Assembly: GCF_000219355.1 (NCBI RefSeq)
Contig: NC_015722.1
Location: 1,020,001-1,052,000 of the forward strand
Direction: 5' to 3'
Origin: Candidatus Midichloria mitochondrii IricVA
GTDB taxonomy: Bacteria; Pseudomonadota; Alphaproteobacteria; Rickettsiales; Midichloriaceae
Length of the DNA stretch: 32,000 nt
Shown: piece after piece, positions 12,195-22,310 of the stretch
Layout of the letters: each line of letters opens with the position of its first letter
How positions within the stretch are numbered: the stretch's first letter is position 1
Notes under the pieces: model-generated
What the model was told of the DNA's origin: nothing
The model's input: only the letters and a program-made list of their open reading frames with translations
The model's database searches: none
Translations under genes and position numbers: made by a program

Positions 12195-13001
12195 GGCAAT
12201 GCCTGGTAATTATAGACGGCACAATAAGAGGGTACGATATCTTCGTAGTAGAATGGGTGGAGTAGAAATGACAATCGAGTGTAAATATTGCGGCTCTAGC
12301 GAGCAGGTGAAGAATGGCGTGGTATAGGGACAGCAGAGGTATAAGATGCAAGAATTGCAAAAAGAATTACCGAGAGGTGATAAGCGGCAGAATACACGAT
12401 GAATGATAGACCTAAAACCTAACCTTGAGGACTGTGGAATTAGGACGATAGAGAGACTGACTGGAATCCATAACAGCCAAATATCTTCATGGATCGAAGG
12501 ACGGGGGGACGCTATGTGCAAGAAAAGTTAGATAAGAGCTGCAACAGCACAAAGTCACTTAAGGATATCGAGGTCCTAGAGATTGACGAGCTGTGCACAT
12601 ATATAAAAAAAGACCAAAGAATGGAAGTGGGAGTACACCTTTATATGGATTGCTGTTGATAGAGGAGCGGGTGAAATTATTGATTTTGAGTAGGTGACGG
12701 GAGCAAGGCAACCCTACATGAACCTGTCATTTAGGCTTGGAAGAACGTTATAAATTGAGCATGTACAGATGATTACAGCGTTTATGAATACTATAAAATC
12801 TCCACGCACCATCACAAAACAAAGGCTAGGACCTCATTTGTAGAATCAAAGAATTCTTTAAGAGGCATTATCTAGCTAGTTTTAATCGGAGAACAGAGCG
12901 CTATAGCAAATTCCTGAGGATGCTTTGCGCTACTCTTACCCTCTTCTTCCATAGGCATTTGCTGGATTTGAAACTCCTATCCATAAATATTAGGCAATGC
13001 C
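12195..13001 (+). mobile_element. IS1-family insertion sequence, copy 2, degraded, same orientation as copy 1, no target-site duplication
   Basis: Termini GGCAATGCCTGGTAATTATAGA and TCCATAAATATTAGGCAATGCC. InsA-like MTIECKYCGSSEQVKNG, then in-frame stops. Collinear with 6612-7421. Flanks (CAAAAATC versus TGTTACTC) differ. Confidence 0.88.
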
Positions 13002-13007
13002 TGTTAC

Positions 13008-13706
13008 TCACGCTGTAATCATTGCCTCGATGATTGAAGCCTCACTGCTAATTTTAGCTATTATAATTTTTCCCCACTCATCCTTATTTAATTTTGCTGC
13101 AGTTTTTTCACTAATACAAACTGCTGATTTCGCCGATAAATTTATTTTATATTTCTTAGCCAAATTAGAAAAAGCTGAGGCAGTACTAGGGGAATAAAAA
13201 AGCACCAGCTTAATCAAATCGTTAATCGAACTAATAGCCTGTTCAGATAAATTTTCAGTTAGCATGGATTTATACACTACCTCCCTTTTTATTAGGTAAC
13301 CGGCGTCCAACAACTGTTTTTCTATATTGCCTGCAATGTCAGCTCCAGAAATATATAAAATTTTCACTCCGGCTTGCTCATTTTTTTTAATAAGACTAAT
13401 AAGAGTGTCACTATTTTGAGAGGATTCTTGGCAGAAAATTATGTTTTTATAGCCTGATTCCTGTAATAGATTAGCTGTTTCTGAGCCAACTGCATAAACC
13501 TTTTTATTCTTTAACCAGTCAATATGGCCGCTAGCATAAACCGAATTTTGACTAGTCATAACAATTAAATCGTAATCATTATCTACTATCTCTTTATACA
13601 TATAGCTAATATGTAGCATAGGAAGATTTAATACTTTATAACCCAATTGCTCGAGTTTAGTAGAAGTCTGTGCAGCAAAGTTCCGTTGCCTAGTTATTAG
13701 TATCAT
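13008..13706 (-). CDS. hemD: Uroporphyrinogen-III synthase (HemD) family protein
   Basis: 232 aa with a two-lobed HemD-like pattern (MILITRQ...; LIVMTSQNSV; VYAVGSETA; LFYSPSTA). Stop lies 7 bp from the IS1 copy 2 end. Confidence 0.65.
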   Translation of the reverse strand: MILITRQRNFAAQTSTKLEQLGYKVLNLPMLHISYMYKEIVDNDYDLIVMTSQNSVYASGHIDWLKNKKVYAVGSETANLLQESGYKNIIFCQESSQNSDTLISLIKKNEQAGVKILYISGADIAGNIEKQLLDAGYLIKREVVYKSMLTENLSEQAISSINDLIKLVLFYSPSTASAFSNLAKKYKINLSAKSAVCISEKTAAKLNKDEWGKIIIAKISSEASIIEAMITA

Positions 13707-14241
13707 TTGTAGGTACCTTTTTTTTTCGATTACGTTTTAATAACACATAAAATGCTCCCGTACCACCATGTTTGGGAGAAGCGGTGCCCACTCTTAAAAT
13801 ATAAGAGCGGATATTTTTATAATTCAGCCAAGTAATTATCATATCTTTTATGCTACCGCCACCACTGCCCTTGCCTGTAATCACTACTACTAATCTAAAT
13901 TTACTTTGCCAAGATGCAATGATGAATTGCTCCAGTTCTCTCAAGGCATTTTCTAAATTATAGCCATGTAAATCAAGCTTGGCATCCATTGGATAGCGCC
14001 CTCTTTTTATATCTTTCACAGTGCTATGATCTATATCACTATCGTCATCCAGCACTAAATTTCTTGAAGTGTAATTATATCTATCAGGACTAGGTTGTAA
14101 CTCTCTTGTAATAACCACAGGCCTTTCCGTATTTGGCTCTTTAATAAAAAGTTTAGATTGCTTATGCTTCTTTATATCTTTTGTTACTTTTTGCCAAAAC
14201 TCTGTTTCAAAATCATTAGGCAACCATTTTTTTGATGACAT
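13690..14241 (-). CDS. Smr (MutS2-related small nuclease) domain protein
   Basis: C-terminal Smr motif LDLHGYNLENALRELEQFI...VVVITGKGSGG...GGTGAFYVLLKR. ATG at 14241 preferred over the upstream TTG at 14259. 17-nt overlap with the hemD-like gene. Confidence 0.8.
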   Translation of the reverse strand: MSSKKWLPNDFETEFWQKVTKDIKKHKQSKLFIKEPNTERPVVITRELQPSPDRYNYTSRNLVLDDDSDIDHSTVKDIKRGRYPMDAKLDLHGYNLENALRELEQFIIASWQSKFRLVVVITGKGSGGGSIKDMIITWLNYKNIRSYILRVGTASPKHGGTGAFYVLLKRNRKKKVPTNDTNN

Positions 14242-14352
14242 TTTATTTTTAGCTTCCAATTTATAGTGTAAATTATGAAAATGCGATACCAGAGTTAATC
14301 GATTTTTGTTAAAAATTTATTTCCTACTCCGAACATTTTAATAATAAACATT

Positions 14353-14381
14353 TTGACAACAAGACGATTTATTGATATCTA
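14353..14381 (+). promoter_or_regulatory. Candidate sigma70-type promoter for the acpP-fabF-gap-pgk cluster
   Basis: TTGACA (14353-14358), 17-nt spacer, TATCTA (14376-14381), about 40 nt upstream of the acpP ATG. Confidence 0.35.
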
Positions 14382-14421
14382 GCTCTGGTCGCTTTTTTTT
14401 AATAACGTAAAAAGGTAAAAT

Positions 14422-14745
14422 ATGAGTAGCGATATAAAAGCTAAAGTCATAGAAGCAATAACCAAAAGCTTAAAACCAGAGGATCCAAAAAAAGTAACTT
14501 TGGAGGCCAAATTAGTTGAGGATTTAAAGGCAGATAGCCTTGATGTAGTAGAGTTAATTATGGCCTTGGAGAAAGATTTTGAGATTGATATTACAGATGA
14601 AGCTGCTAAGAATATTAAAACAGTTCAAGATGCAGTGTCTTATATAGAAGCTCAATTATCTAATCAATCGTCTCAGGAATATCCACCAAAACCTAAGGAA
14701 GGTCGACCCAAGTCTAAGGAAGATCAGCCTAAAAGAGTTGGTTAA
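14422..14745 (+). CDS. acpP: Acyl carrier protein with an unusual ~28-aa Pro/Lys-rich C-terminal extension
   Basis: Canonical [17 protein letters not shown] phosphopantetheine-attachment motif. A normal ACP fold ends near YIEAQL (14658), but the ORF continues to 14745. Confidence 0.9.
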   Translation: MSSDIKAKVIEAITKSLKPEDPKKVTLEAKLVEDLKADSLDVVELIMALEKDFEIDITDEAAKNIKTVQDAVSYIEAQLSNQSSQEYPPKPKEGRPKSKEDQPKRVG

Positions 14746-14755
14746 TTGATTAGTT

Positions 14756-16006
14756 ATGAGACGCGTCGTTGTTACTGGTATGGGTGCAGTTACTCCCCTC
14801 GGGAGTGATTTGAGCGCTACTTGGCAAGGTTTGATTAATGGAAAATCTGGTATCACTCGGATTCCGGATCCAATGTTCGTGACCGACGACTTAGCCGTCA
14901 AAATTGCTGGTATTGTAGGCACAAACGGCGATTTAGATTTAAATCAGTGTGTGTCTGCAAAAGAGCAGAAAAAAATGGATAGATTTATTCATCTAGCCAT
15001 AGTGGCCTCTGTGCAGGCCATTAAAGATTCAGGATGGGAGCCCTCTAATGATGAGGAAAGATATCGGACCGGAGTTTTAATTGGCTCTGGAATTGGGGGT
15101 TTGGTAGCTATCGAACAAAACTCTATCACTTTACATAATGAAGGACCTAAAAGAATCAGTCCTTTTTTCATCCCTGCAAGCCTCATAAATTTGGCTTCTG
15201 GACATGTGGCAATTATGTGCAACTTCAAGGGCCCTAATCATGCAGTAGTTACTGCCTGTGCCACTGGTTCACACGCTATTGGTGATGCAGCAAGAATTAT
15301 TGCCGATGGTGATGCAGATGTCATGGTATGTGGCGGAACCGAAGCTGCCATTTGTAGACTTGGTATTGCTGGTTTTGCTGCAGCTAGAGCGCTTTCTACA
15401 AGAAACGATGAGCCAGAAAAAGCATCAAGACCCTGGGATAGAGATCGAGATGGTTTTGTAATGGGAGAAGGATCGGGAATACTGGTGCTTGAAGAATATG
15501 AACATGCAAAAAAGCGTGGTGCTAATGTATACAGCGAAGTCATTGGATATGGCATGAGCGGGGATGCTTATCATATTACCGCTCCTGATATGAATGGTGA
15601 TGGTGGTTATAGGGCTATGAAAATTGCGCTTACAAAAGCACAGTTAAACGTCGATCAAATCGATTACATAAATGCTCACGGCACCTCAACTCCTGCTGGA
15701 GATATAGTAGAATTATCTGCGGTCAAGAGATTGTTTGGTGAAGCAGCATATAATATTTCTATGTCCTCCACTAAGTCTGCTATCGGCCACTTGCTTGGAG
15801 CTGCTGGTAGTGTAGAAGCGATTTTTTCGATAAAAGCAATGTGTGAAGGAATAGTTCCTCCTACCATTAACTTAGACAATCCAGATGAGGGGTGTGACAT
15901 AGACTTGGTACCAAACGTTGCAAAAGAGAAAAAAATTAACGCAGTTTTATCCAATTCATTTGGCTTTGGTGGTACCAATGCCTCGCTGATCTTTTGTAAA
16001 ATATAA
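14756..16006 (+). CDS. fabF: 3-oxoacyl-ACP synthase II (KAS II)
   Basis: 416 aa. Active-site Cys context ACATGSHAIG, His motifs NAHGTSTPAGD and SSTKSAIGHLLGAAG, C-terminal NSFGFGGTNASL. Confidence 0.96.
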   Translation: MRRVVVTGMGAVTPLGSDLSATWQGLINGKSGITRIPDPMFVTDDLAVKIAGIVGTNGDLDLNQCVSAKEQKKMDRFIHLAIVASVQAIKDSGWEPSNDEERYRTGVLIGSGIGGLVAIEQNSITLHNEGPKRISPFFIPASLINLASGHVAIMCNFKGPNHAVVTACATGSHAIGDAARIIADGDADVMVCGGTEAAICRLGIAGFAAARALSTRNDEPEKASRPWDRDRDGFVMGEGSGILVLEEYEHAKKRGANVYSEVIGYGMSGDAYHITAPDMNGDGGYRAMKIALTKAQLNVDQIDYINAHGTSTPAGDIVELSAVKRLFGEAAYNISMSSTKSAIGHLLGAAGSVEAIFSIKAMCEGIVPPTINLDNPDEGCDIDLVPNVAKEKKINAVLSNSFGFGGTNASLIFCKI

Positions 16007-16045
16007 TTTTGCAAAAGAACTAATTAACACAATTTCAACAAAAAA

Positions 16046-17068
16046 ATGAAAAAATTAAGGTTGGGGATAAATGGCTTTGGACGCATAGGCAAATGTATAC
16101 TCGCTGCATACTTTGAAAGTTTTAAGTATTATTTTAACGAAATCGATATAGTGGCTGTAAATGCCGGCACCCCCAATATTGCAGATAGAATTCATAGCCT
16201 TAAATATGATTCAGTACACGGTAGGTTCAAAGTAGAAATCAAAATTTTAGATGAGGAAACTTTTTTAGTTGACAACCAGCATAGAATCAAAATGATTTTT
16301 GAAAGAAATATAGAAAAACTAGATTGGTTAGCACTAGGTGTTGATGTTGTCTTAGAGTGCACCGGATCTTTCAGTAAAGATAAAAAAGCTCATGCGCACC
16401 TCAAATCTGGAGCCAAGAAAGTTGTTGTGTCGGCCCCCTATGATAGCGCTGATGCTACAATAGTTATGGGAGCCAATGAAACAGCATTAGATCCATTTAC
16501 TCATAAAGTTATTTCAATAGGTTCATGCACTACAAATTGTTTAGCACCAATTGCAAAGATTTTAAATAACGAACTTGGCATCGAATCGGGCTTTGTTACT
16601 ACAATTCATGCAGCCACCAATGACCAATTAATACTAGATGGCAAGCATACTGACAGGAGGAGAGCAAGAGCCGCCTTTCTTTCTGCTATACCTGCTTCTA
16701 CTGGAGCTGCAAAGTCAATAGGAGTAGTCCTACCAGAATTACAGGATAGACTAGGCGGAGCCGCAATTAGGATTCCAACGGCAAATGTTTCTATGATAGA
16801 TCTGAAATTTTTATCGACTAAAAATACTTCTAAGGATGAAATTAATAGTTTAATGAAGCAAGCCATAAGTCAATCTCCTACTATACTTGCTGTTTCTGAT
16901 GAGAAATTAGTTTCTTGCGATTTCAATCATACTAAGTACAGTGCTATTTTTGATACAACTCTTACAAGCGTTGTAAACAGAAATTTCTGTAGGGTAGTAG
17001 CTTGGTACGATAACGAATGGGGCTTTTCAAGTAGAATGCTTGATGTAGCAAAAATTTTTGATATTTAA
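16046..17068 (+). CDS. gap: Glyceraldehyde-3-phosphate dehydrogenase
   Basis: INGFGRIG NAD motif, catalytic SCTTNCLAP, WYDNEWGFS C-terminal motif. Confidence 0.95.
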   Translation: MKKLRLGINGFGRIGKCILAAYFESFKYYFNEIDIVAVNAGTPNIADRIHSLKYDSVHGRFKVEIKILDEETFLVDNQHRIKMIFERNIEKLDWLALGVDVVLECTGSFSKDKKAHAHLKSGAKKVVVSAPYDSADATIVMGANETALDPFTHKVISIGSCTTNCLAPIAKILNNELGIESGFVTTIHAATNDQLILDGKHTDRRRARAAFLSAIPASTGAAKSIGVVLPELQDRLGGAAIRIPTANVSMIDLKFLSTKNTSKDEINSLMKQAISQSPTILAVSDEKLVSCDFNHTKYSAIFDTTLTSVVNRNFCRVVAWYDNEWGFSSRMLDVAKIFDI

Positions 17069-17075
17069 TTTATCT

Positions 17076-18263
17076 ATGATAATAAAAAGCATTGCAGAGT
17101 TAGAGGGAAAGCTAGTAGACAAAACCGTTGTTGTAAGGGTTGACTTTAATATACCGGTTATAGAGGGAAAGATTTCTGACTACACTAGAATTATGAGCTC
17201 TTTACAGACCATTAATTATCTACAAGCACAAAGGGCTAAGATAGTTTTAGTAACACATTTCGGGCGCCCAGAAGGCAAGACTGATCCCGCTCTTTCTTTA
17301 GCTTTCTTAGTATCGGAATTAACAAAAATTTTAAGGCGAGACGTTAAATTTAGCTATCAACATACTGGTCATGAACCCAAACAAATCATTGAGTCAATGA
17401 AGGCGGGCGATATTTTGTTACTTGAAAATGTAAGATTTAACAAAAATGAGGAATTAAACAACAAAAAATTTGCCTTAGATCTTGCTTCTCTAGGAGATGT
17501 TTATGTAAATGAAGCATTTTCCTGCTCTCATAGGCCGCACGCTTCAATTGTTGGGATTGCTGCGCATTTACCCTCATATGCTGGCTTTCTATTTTTAAAT
17601 GAAGTGAAAAATCTTACTCTAGTTGTAGAGGATGTCAATAAACAATCACTAGCGATAATTGGCGGCAAGAAAGTTTCAACCAAATTACATATTCTAGCAA
17701 ACCTAAGCCAAAAGATGAATAAGCTCGCAATAGTTGGAGCTATGGCCAATACATTTTTAAAAGCAAAAGGTTACTCTATTGGAGAATCATTTTATGAAAA
17801 TGAATTATTGGAAGAGGCAAAGAATATCTTAGAAAAAAGCAAAGCAGAGATATTATTGCCTGATGATTTCATTTGTATATCGAATACTGTTAGTTGGAAG
17901 CTAAAGAATTTAAGCAGTATACAGGCAGATGATAAGATATTTGATATCGGCCCAAGTAGTGCTTTCTTGATATGCCAAGCAATTTATAATTCCGAGGTCG
18001 TAGTATGGAACGGACCATTAGGAGTTTTTGAAGATAAAAGATTTGCTTTTGCAACCGACACTATTGCAAGATTTATTGGCGCAAGAACTCATACAGGAGC
18101 GATTAAGAGTATTGCAGGCGGTGGTGATACGGTCTCGGCAATTAACAACTCTCATCTAACTGAATATTTCAGCTATATTTCGACAGCTGGCGGAGCCTTT
18201 ATTGAACTACTTGAAGGAAAAAAATTACCAGGACTTTGTGTATTACTTAATGAAACCAAGTAA
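17076..18263 (+). CDS. pgk: Phosphoglycerate kinase
   Basis: RVDFNIPV, THFGRPEG, AIIGGKKVSTKL and GGGDT motifs. ATG at 17076 preferred over 17058, which overlaps the gap stop. Confidence 0.95.
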   Translation: MIIKSIAELEGKLVDKTVVVRVDFNIPVIEGKISDYTRIMSSLQTINYLQAQRAKIVLVTHFGRPEGKTDPALSLAFLVSELTKILRRDVKFSYQHTGHEPKQIIESMKAGDILLLENVRFNKNEELNNKKFALDLASLGDVYVNEAFSCSHRPHASIVGIAAHLPSYAGFLFLNEVKNLTLVVEDVNKQSLAIIGGKKVSTKLHILANLSQKMNKLAIVGAMANTFLKAKGYSIGESFYENELLEEAKNILEKSKAEILLPDDFICISNTVSWKLKNLSSIQADDKIFDIGPSSAFLICQAIYNSEVVVWNGPLGVFEDKRFAFATDTIARFIGARTHTGAIKSIAGGGDTVSAINNSHLTEYFSYISTAGGAFIELLEGKKLPGLCVLLNETK

Positions 18264-18340
18264 TTTTCCTTCTTTAATTCTAAGAATTGTTGATTTATAT
18301 ATCTAAGAGATATAGTACACTCCCTATATAGCCTTGGCTA

Positions 18341-18366
18341 GTACGATTGTTCGTACAGTATTTTTT
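18341..18366 (+). terminator. Candidate intrinsic terminator after pgk
   Basis: GTACGA-ttgt-TCGTAC hairpin (18341-18356) followed by AGTATTTTTT. Confidence 0.5.
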
Positions 18367-18399
18367 ATACTCTATTCAAATTAAAATATTAAAAAAACC

Positions 18400-19019
18400 T
18401 ACAGTTTGACGTAAGGAGTAGGCCAGTGAGTCTATTTCCCCATTAGATATATTGGGTTTGAAGACACAAGCCAAGAGCCCTGAGAACCACTTAAAGCCAA
18501 AGAACCATCCGGGGTCGACGTTTTCCCACGCTGAGTGATGTCTTTAAAGACCTTATTACGGCTAATACGTAAGTTATGACAAACCTTCCAGCTTTTTGTT
18601 GAGTCAACGTACCTGTTTGTTTCCCTTTGCAGCAATTCAGCAGAATGACCAACGGGATGACCGCGTCTCGCATCCAGCTCAACAAAGCGATTGTAGCTGA
18701 TAAGCTTCGGCAATTCCTCTCTGAGAGAGATTTGAACACAGTTTAGGTAAAAAATCTTTGAATCCGGTAATGCCTCAAATGAAACAAAACGAGGATCGTC
18801 ATAACTTCGGAAAGCATCATCCTAGACTCTCGTTCCCTTTGTCTCTGCGAGTTTCTTAAGGATCTTTGGTACGTGAGTTGTCGCTTGCAAAAATCATCAA
18901 TCAAACAAAATATTTCTACTAGGGAAACCACTTTTCTTATTTATCGTGAAATTGAGAAGAACTTAATGGTTACACAGCTTCTTTGAAACCATATCAGATA
19001 ATTTCTTTAAAACTTACCT
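18400..19019 (-). mobile_element. IS982-family element remnant: frameshifted, 3'-truncated transposase plus its upstream terminus
   Basis: Transposase fragments MVSLVEIFCLIDDFCK..., ...LISYNRFVELDARRG..., ...KVCHNLRISRNKVFKDITQRGKTS... in different frames (ORFs 18432-18931). The reading frame decays after about 170 codons. The outer terminus at 19019 is defined by the homology break with the second copy at 24240. Confidence 0.75.
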
Positions 19020-19066
19020 ATATCCAAAACGCATGGTATATTGAGTGAGCAGCTTCGAAGGTTTTA

Positions 19067-19126
19067 CGGTTGCTTATCCAGCTAAGTATTTTAATTTGGG
19101 TGTAAAGTATGGCAAATAAGCAACCG
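19067..19126. repeat. Perfect 11-bp inverted repeat CGGTTGCTTAT / ATAAGCAACCG with a 38-nt spacer
   Basis: Read directly: arms at 19067-19077 and 19116-19126. Confidence 0.8.
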
Positions 19127-19189
19127 AGTTAGTCAAAGCTATATACCTTTAGTAAATAAAAAAATTGAAAAAGCCTCTAGCAAGATTTT

Positions 19190-19217
19190 CTAGATGCCCC
19201 GCCAGCGGGGCATCTAG
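19190..19217. repeat. GC-rich 13-bp perfect palindrome CTAGATGCCCCGC-CA-GCGGGGCATCTAG
   Basis: Read directly. Strikingly GC-rich in an AT-rich spacer, with no flanking U-tract on either strand. Confidence 0.8.
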
Positions 19218-19338
19218 CCTTTAAAGTAGGTGGTTATATGCGCCTTCCGTGCATCAGAGCTTAGATATAAAGAGGGTACACTTCTTTTTATATTTGCTTA
19301 ACTTTCGGGTTCGTTAAACTATTTACTAGAGACACATC

Positions 19339-19584
19339 TCATTTCATGCTCAAGCAGCCACTGCTTACGTGACTCACCTCCACTATATCCCCACCAAGCT
19401 TGCCATTGCTATGGTGATACGATGGCATGGAATTACAATCGCTATTCGATTTGCCCTTCATAGAACAGGGTGCACCCGCAACAATAGCTGCTTGCAGCTT
19501 AAGCCTCGCAATTTCACCTTCTAAACCTCGTTTGTCGGTGAATTCCAGAAAATATATGCTATCTTCGCCACTAATAGCCTGCAT
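19339..19584 (-). CDS. Orphan ORF (81 aa), possibly the tail of a longer decayed gene
   Basis: The frame is open upstream to about 19680 (…EGERIWITIGFKEPYRILKTSWIETRIGSM…) but has no canonical start there. No family recognised. Confidence 0.25.
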   Translation of the reverse strand: MQAISGEDSIYFLEFTDKRGLEGEIARLKLQAAIVAGAPCSMKGKSNSDCNSMPSYHHSNGKLGGDIVEVSHVSSGCLSMK

Positions 19585-19731
19585 AGAGCCAATCCTTGTT
19601 TCAATCCAAGATGTTTTGAGAATTCTATAAGGCTCTTTAAATCCTATAGTAATCCATATCCGCTCTCCTTCTCTAGACTGAGAAATTAGATTTATCCTTT
19701 CCTCTTAAGTAATTTCTAGTCGCTTTAAAAC

Positions 19732-21601
19732 CTAAGATGCCTCTAAAAAAGAATTTAAAGTATTCACAAATTCATAAGGGTTATCTATAACTTCGCCTTC
19801 CAAAATACAGGCCTGATTAAATAGCAATTTTGTTAACTTAAGTGCCTTACTAGAGTCTGAATCAATATAAGCAGAGAGTTTTTTTGAAAATATTGTGTCG
19901 AGTATTGATTTCCATAATTTTTAATGAGCGCTTATTCAATTGCTTCTGCTCGACTAACATCTTTTCCATTCTAATATTCATTGCTCCTTCTGGGATTACT
20001 AAACATACTGGATTATCTATTAACTTAGTGGATATCCTCACATCTTTTATCTTATCTTGCAGCGCCCCCTTAATGTAATTAATAATCTTTTGATCATTAA
20101 TATCATTTCCTGCGGCTTTTTCTGCTTCTTTATCAATATGTTGGATTTTATTTAAGTCGATATCTGAGCTAATTACAGATTTCAGAGCATAATTTTTATA
20201 CTGGTTAACAACGCTTACCCAAAAATCGTCGACGTGATCTGTAAGCAAGATTACATCTATGTTTCGTTCTTTAAAACCTTGTAACTGTGGATGGTTAGCT
20301 AAGGTCTCTATATTATTGCCTATAATATAATAGATCTCCTCTTGACCCTCTACCATATTAACCAAGTAATCTGCAATACTAATGGTTTTCTCTTTGGATC
20401 GTAATGTATGAAACCTGCATATATCTAATAATAGTTCCTTCTCTTCAAACGCTCCTTCACATAAGCCTTCTTTTAATACCTCACCAAAATTGGACCAAAA
20501 TTTTTCATACTCTTCCCTATCTTCATCAATTTTCTTTTGCAGAGTAGTTACTACTTTTTTAGTGATAGATTTTCTAATTTTAGATACAGTGAGGTTATTT
20601 TGCAGAGTTTCCCGGCTGATATTCAAAGGCAAATCCTCTGAATCAATTATACCGCATAAAAACCTTAGATAAGGAGGAATAAGATTTATTCCTTCATCCG
20701 TAATAAAAACTCTTTTTATATACAATTTCACTCTTGATTTCGCTTGAGGCCTAAAAAGATCAAAAGGCTTATTTGTTGGAACAAATAGGAGATTAGTGTA
20801 AGTTAAATTTCCTTCTACTTTATTATGTAGAATAAGCCATGGTTTATCTGGCATATGGCTAATATGGTGATAAAACTCTTCATACTGCTCTTTACTTACT
20901 GCAGCCGCTGCCTTTAACCATAAAGCTGCTGAAGAATTCACTATTGTAGCAGTCCCATCCTCATCAATTAGTTCTATAGGAAAAGCTATATGATCTGAAT
21001 AAGTTTTGATTATATGCTGTATTCTATACTTTTCTAAAAGCTCTAGGCTCTCGGGAGTTAACTTTAATTCAATAACCGTACCTGAGCTATCTAATTCCTT
21101 TTCCTTAGGAGCTGCTACCACTGTATATCCACTTTCTCCGGTAGATTGCCAAACGAAGGTTTGCGCGGTATTAGCTTTACGTGAGTAAACAGTAACTAGG
21201 TCAGCGACCATAAAAGCAGAATAAAAACCCACCCCAAATTGGCCTATTAACTCCAAGTTCTTTTTATTTGCAATATTTTGCTCTAAAAACTTCTGGGTAC
21301 CAGAATTAGCGATTGTACCGAGATTATTTACTAAATCATCCCTGTTCATTCCAATTCCGTTGTCTTTAATGCTCAACACACCATTCCTCTTATCAAGGAT
21401 AACAGTGATTTTTAGCTCTTGATCGCTCGATATACCACTATTGTGTAACGCCTCATACCTTAGTTTATCGCATGCATCTGAAGCATTCGATATTAGCTCC
21501 CGCAAAAAGATATCCTTGTTTGTATATATTGAGTGTATAACTAGCTTTAAAACTTTATCTACTTCTGCAGTAAAGCCTTTTTTTATTGTATTTACAGCCA
21601 T
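19732..21601 (-). CDS. htpG: Chaperone HtpG (Hsp90), interrupted by a +1 frameshift in an A7 run about 50 codons from the C-terminus
   Basis: N-terminal FLRELISNASDACDKLRYE GHKL motif. The annotated ORF stops at 19862. Removing one base of the T7 run at 19879-19885 continues ...HNIFKKLSAYIDSDSSKALKLTKLLFNQACILEGEVIDNPYEFVNTLNSFLEAS* (stop 19732-19734). This gives a 624-codon protein typical of HtpG. Confidence 0.92.
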
Positions 21602-21603
21602 AT

Positions 21604-22147
21604 TCAATATAAAATGTTATAATGTCTCTTCAGTCTGGATATAATTATATCAACTATATAATGTGAGTCTTGCTCGATGCTCTCGACAATCATATCGGCT
21701 TGAGCAGCCAAGTCTTTACTATCATCGATCATTTTTTGCAATATCGCTTTTTTATCTCCAGAATTTAACTCTGGTCTCGTATTACGACGACTGACTCTAT
21801 CGTACAAGATATCTAGATTTGCAGAGAGCCATATAGTTATAGCTTTAGATTTGATAAGCTCACGTACTTCTGGATTGGCAAAGCTACCTCCTCCAGTAGA
21901 TAGAACTAACTGCCCGTAGCCCAAAATTTCAGTAATGACCTTCTTTTCTTGCTTTTGAAAATATTCAGCCCCTTTAAAGTCGTGGACATCAACAATAGAT
22001 AAGCCCTCGCGCTCCTCTATAACTTTATCACTATCATAAGATTGCAAATTTAATCTTTTTGCAAGCTTCTTTCCCACTGTACTCTTACCACTCCCCCATA
22101 ATTCCTGCAAGCACTATAGGTTTATCTAATACTTCTCTTAAACTCAC
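21604..22147 (-). CDS. aroK: Shikimate kinase, N-terminus displaced by a +1 frameshift inside the P-loop codons
   Basis: GTG at 22147 gives VSLREVLDKPIVLAGIMGEW*. Deleting one C of the C5 run at 22093-22097 gives ...PIVLAGIMGSGKSTVGKKLA..., the canonical AroK Walker A. Confidence 0.88.
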
Positions 22148-22310
22148 TATACTTAATTATATCAAAGGATTTTTATTATAGATTACATATTAAACCTTTA
22201 TCTAAAATGATACTTTTTTGCAACAAAAATCTGGTGGGTATATGAAAGGGGTTTTTCGGCTAATTCTCGGTAGCAGCAAAAATATAGTACAAAAAATTCC
22301 AGTAGTAAGT

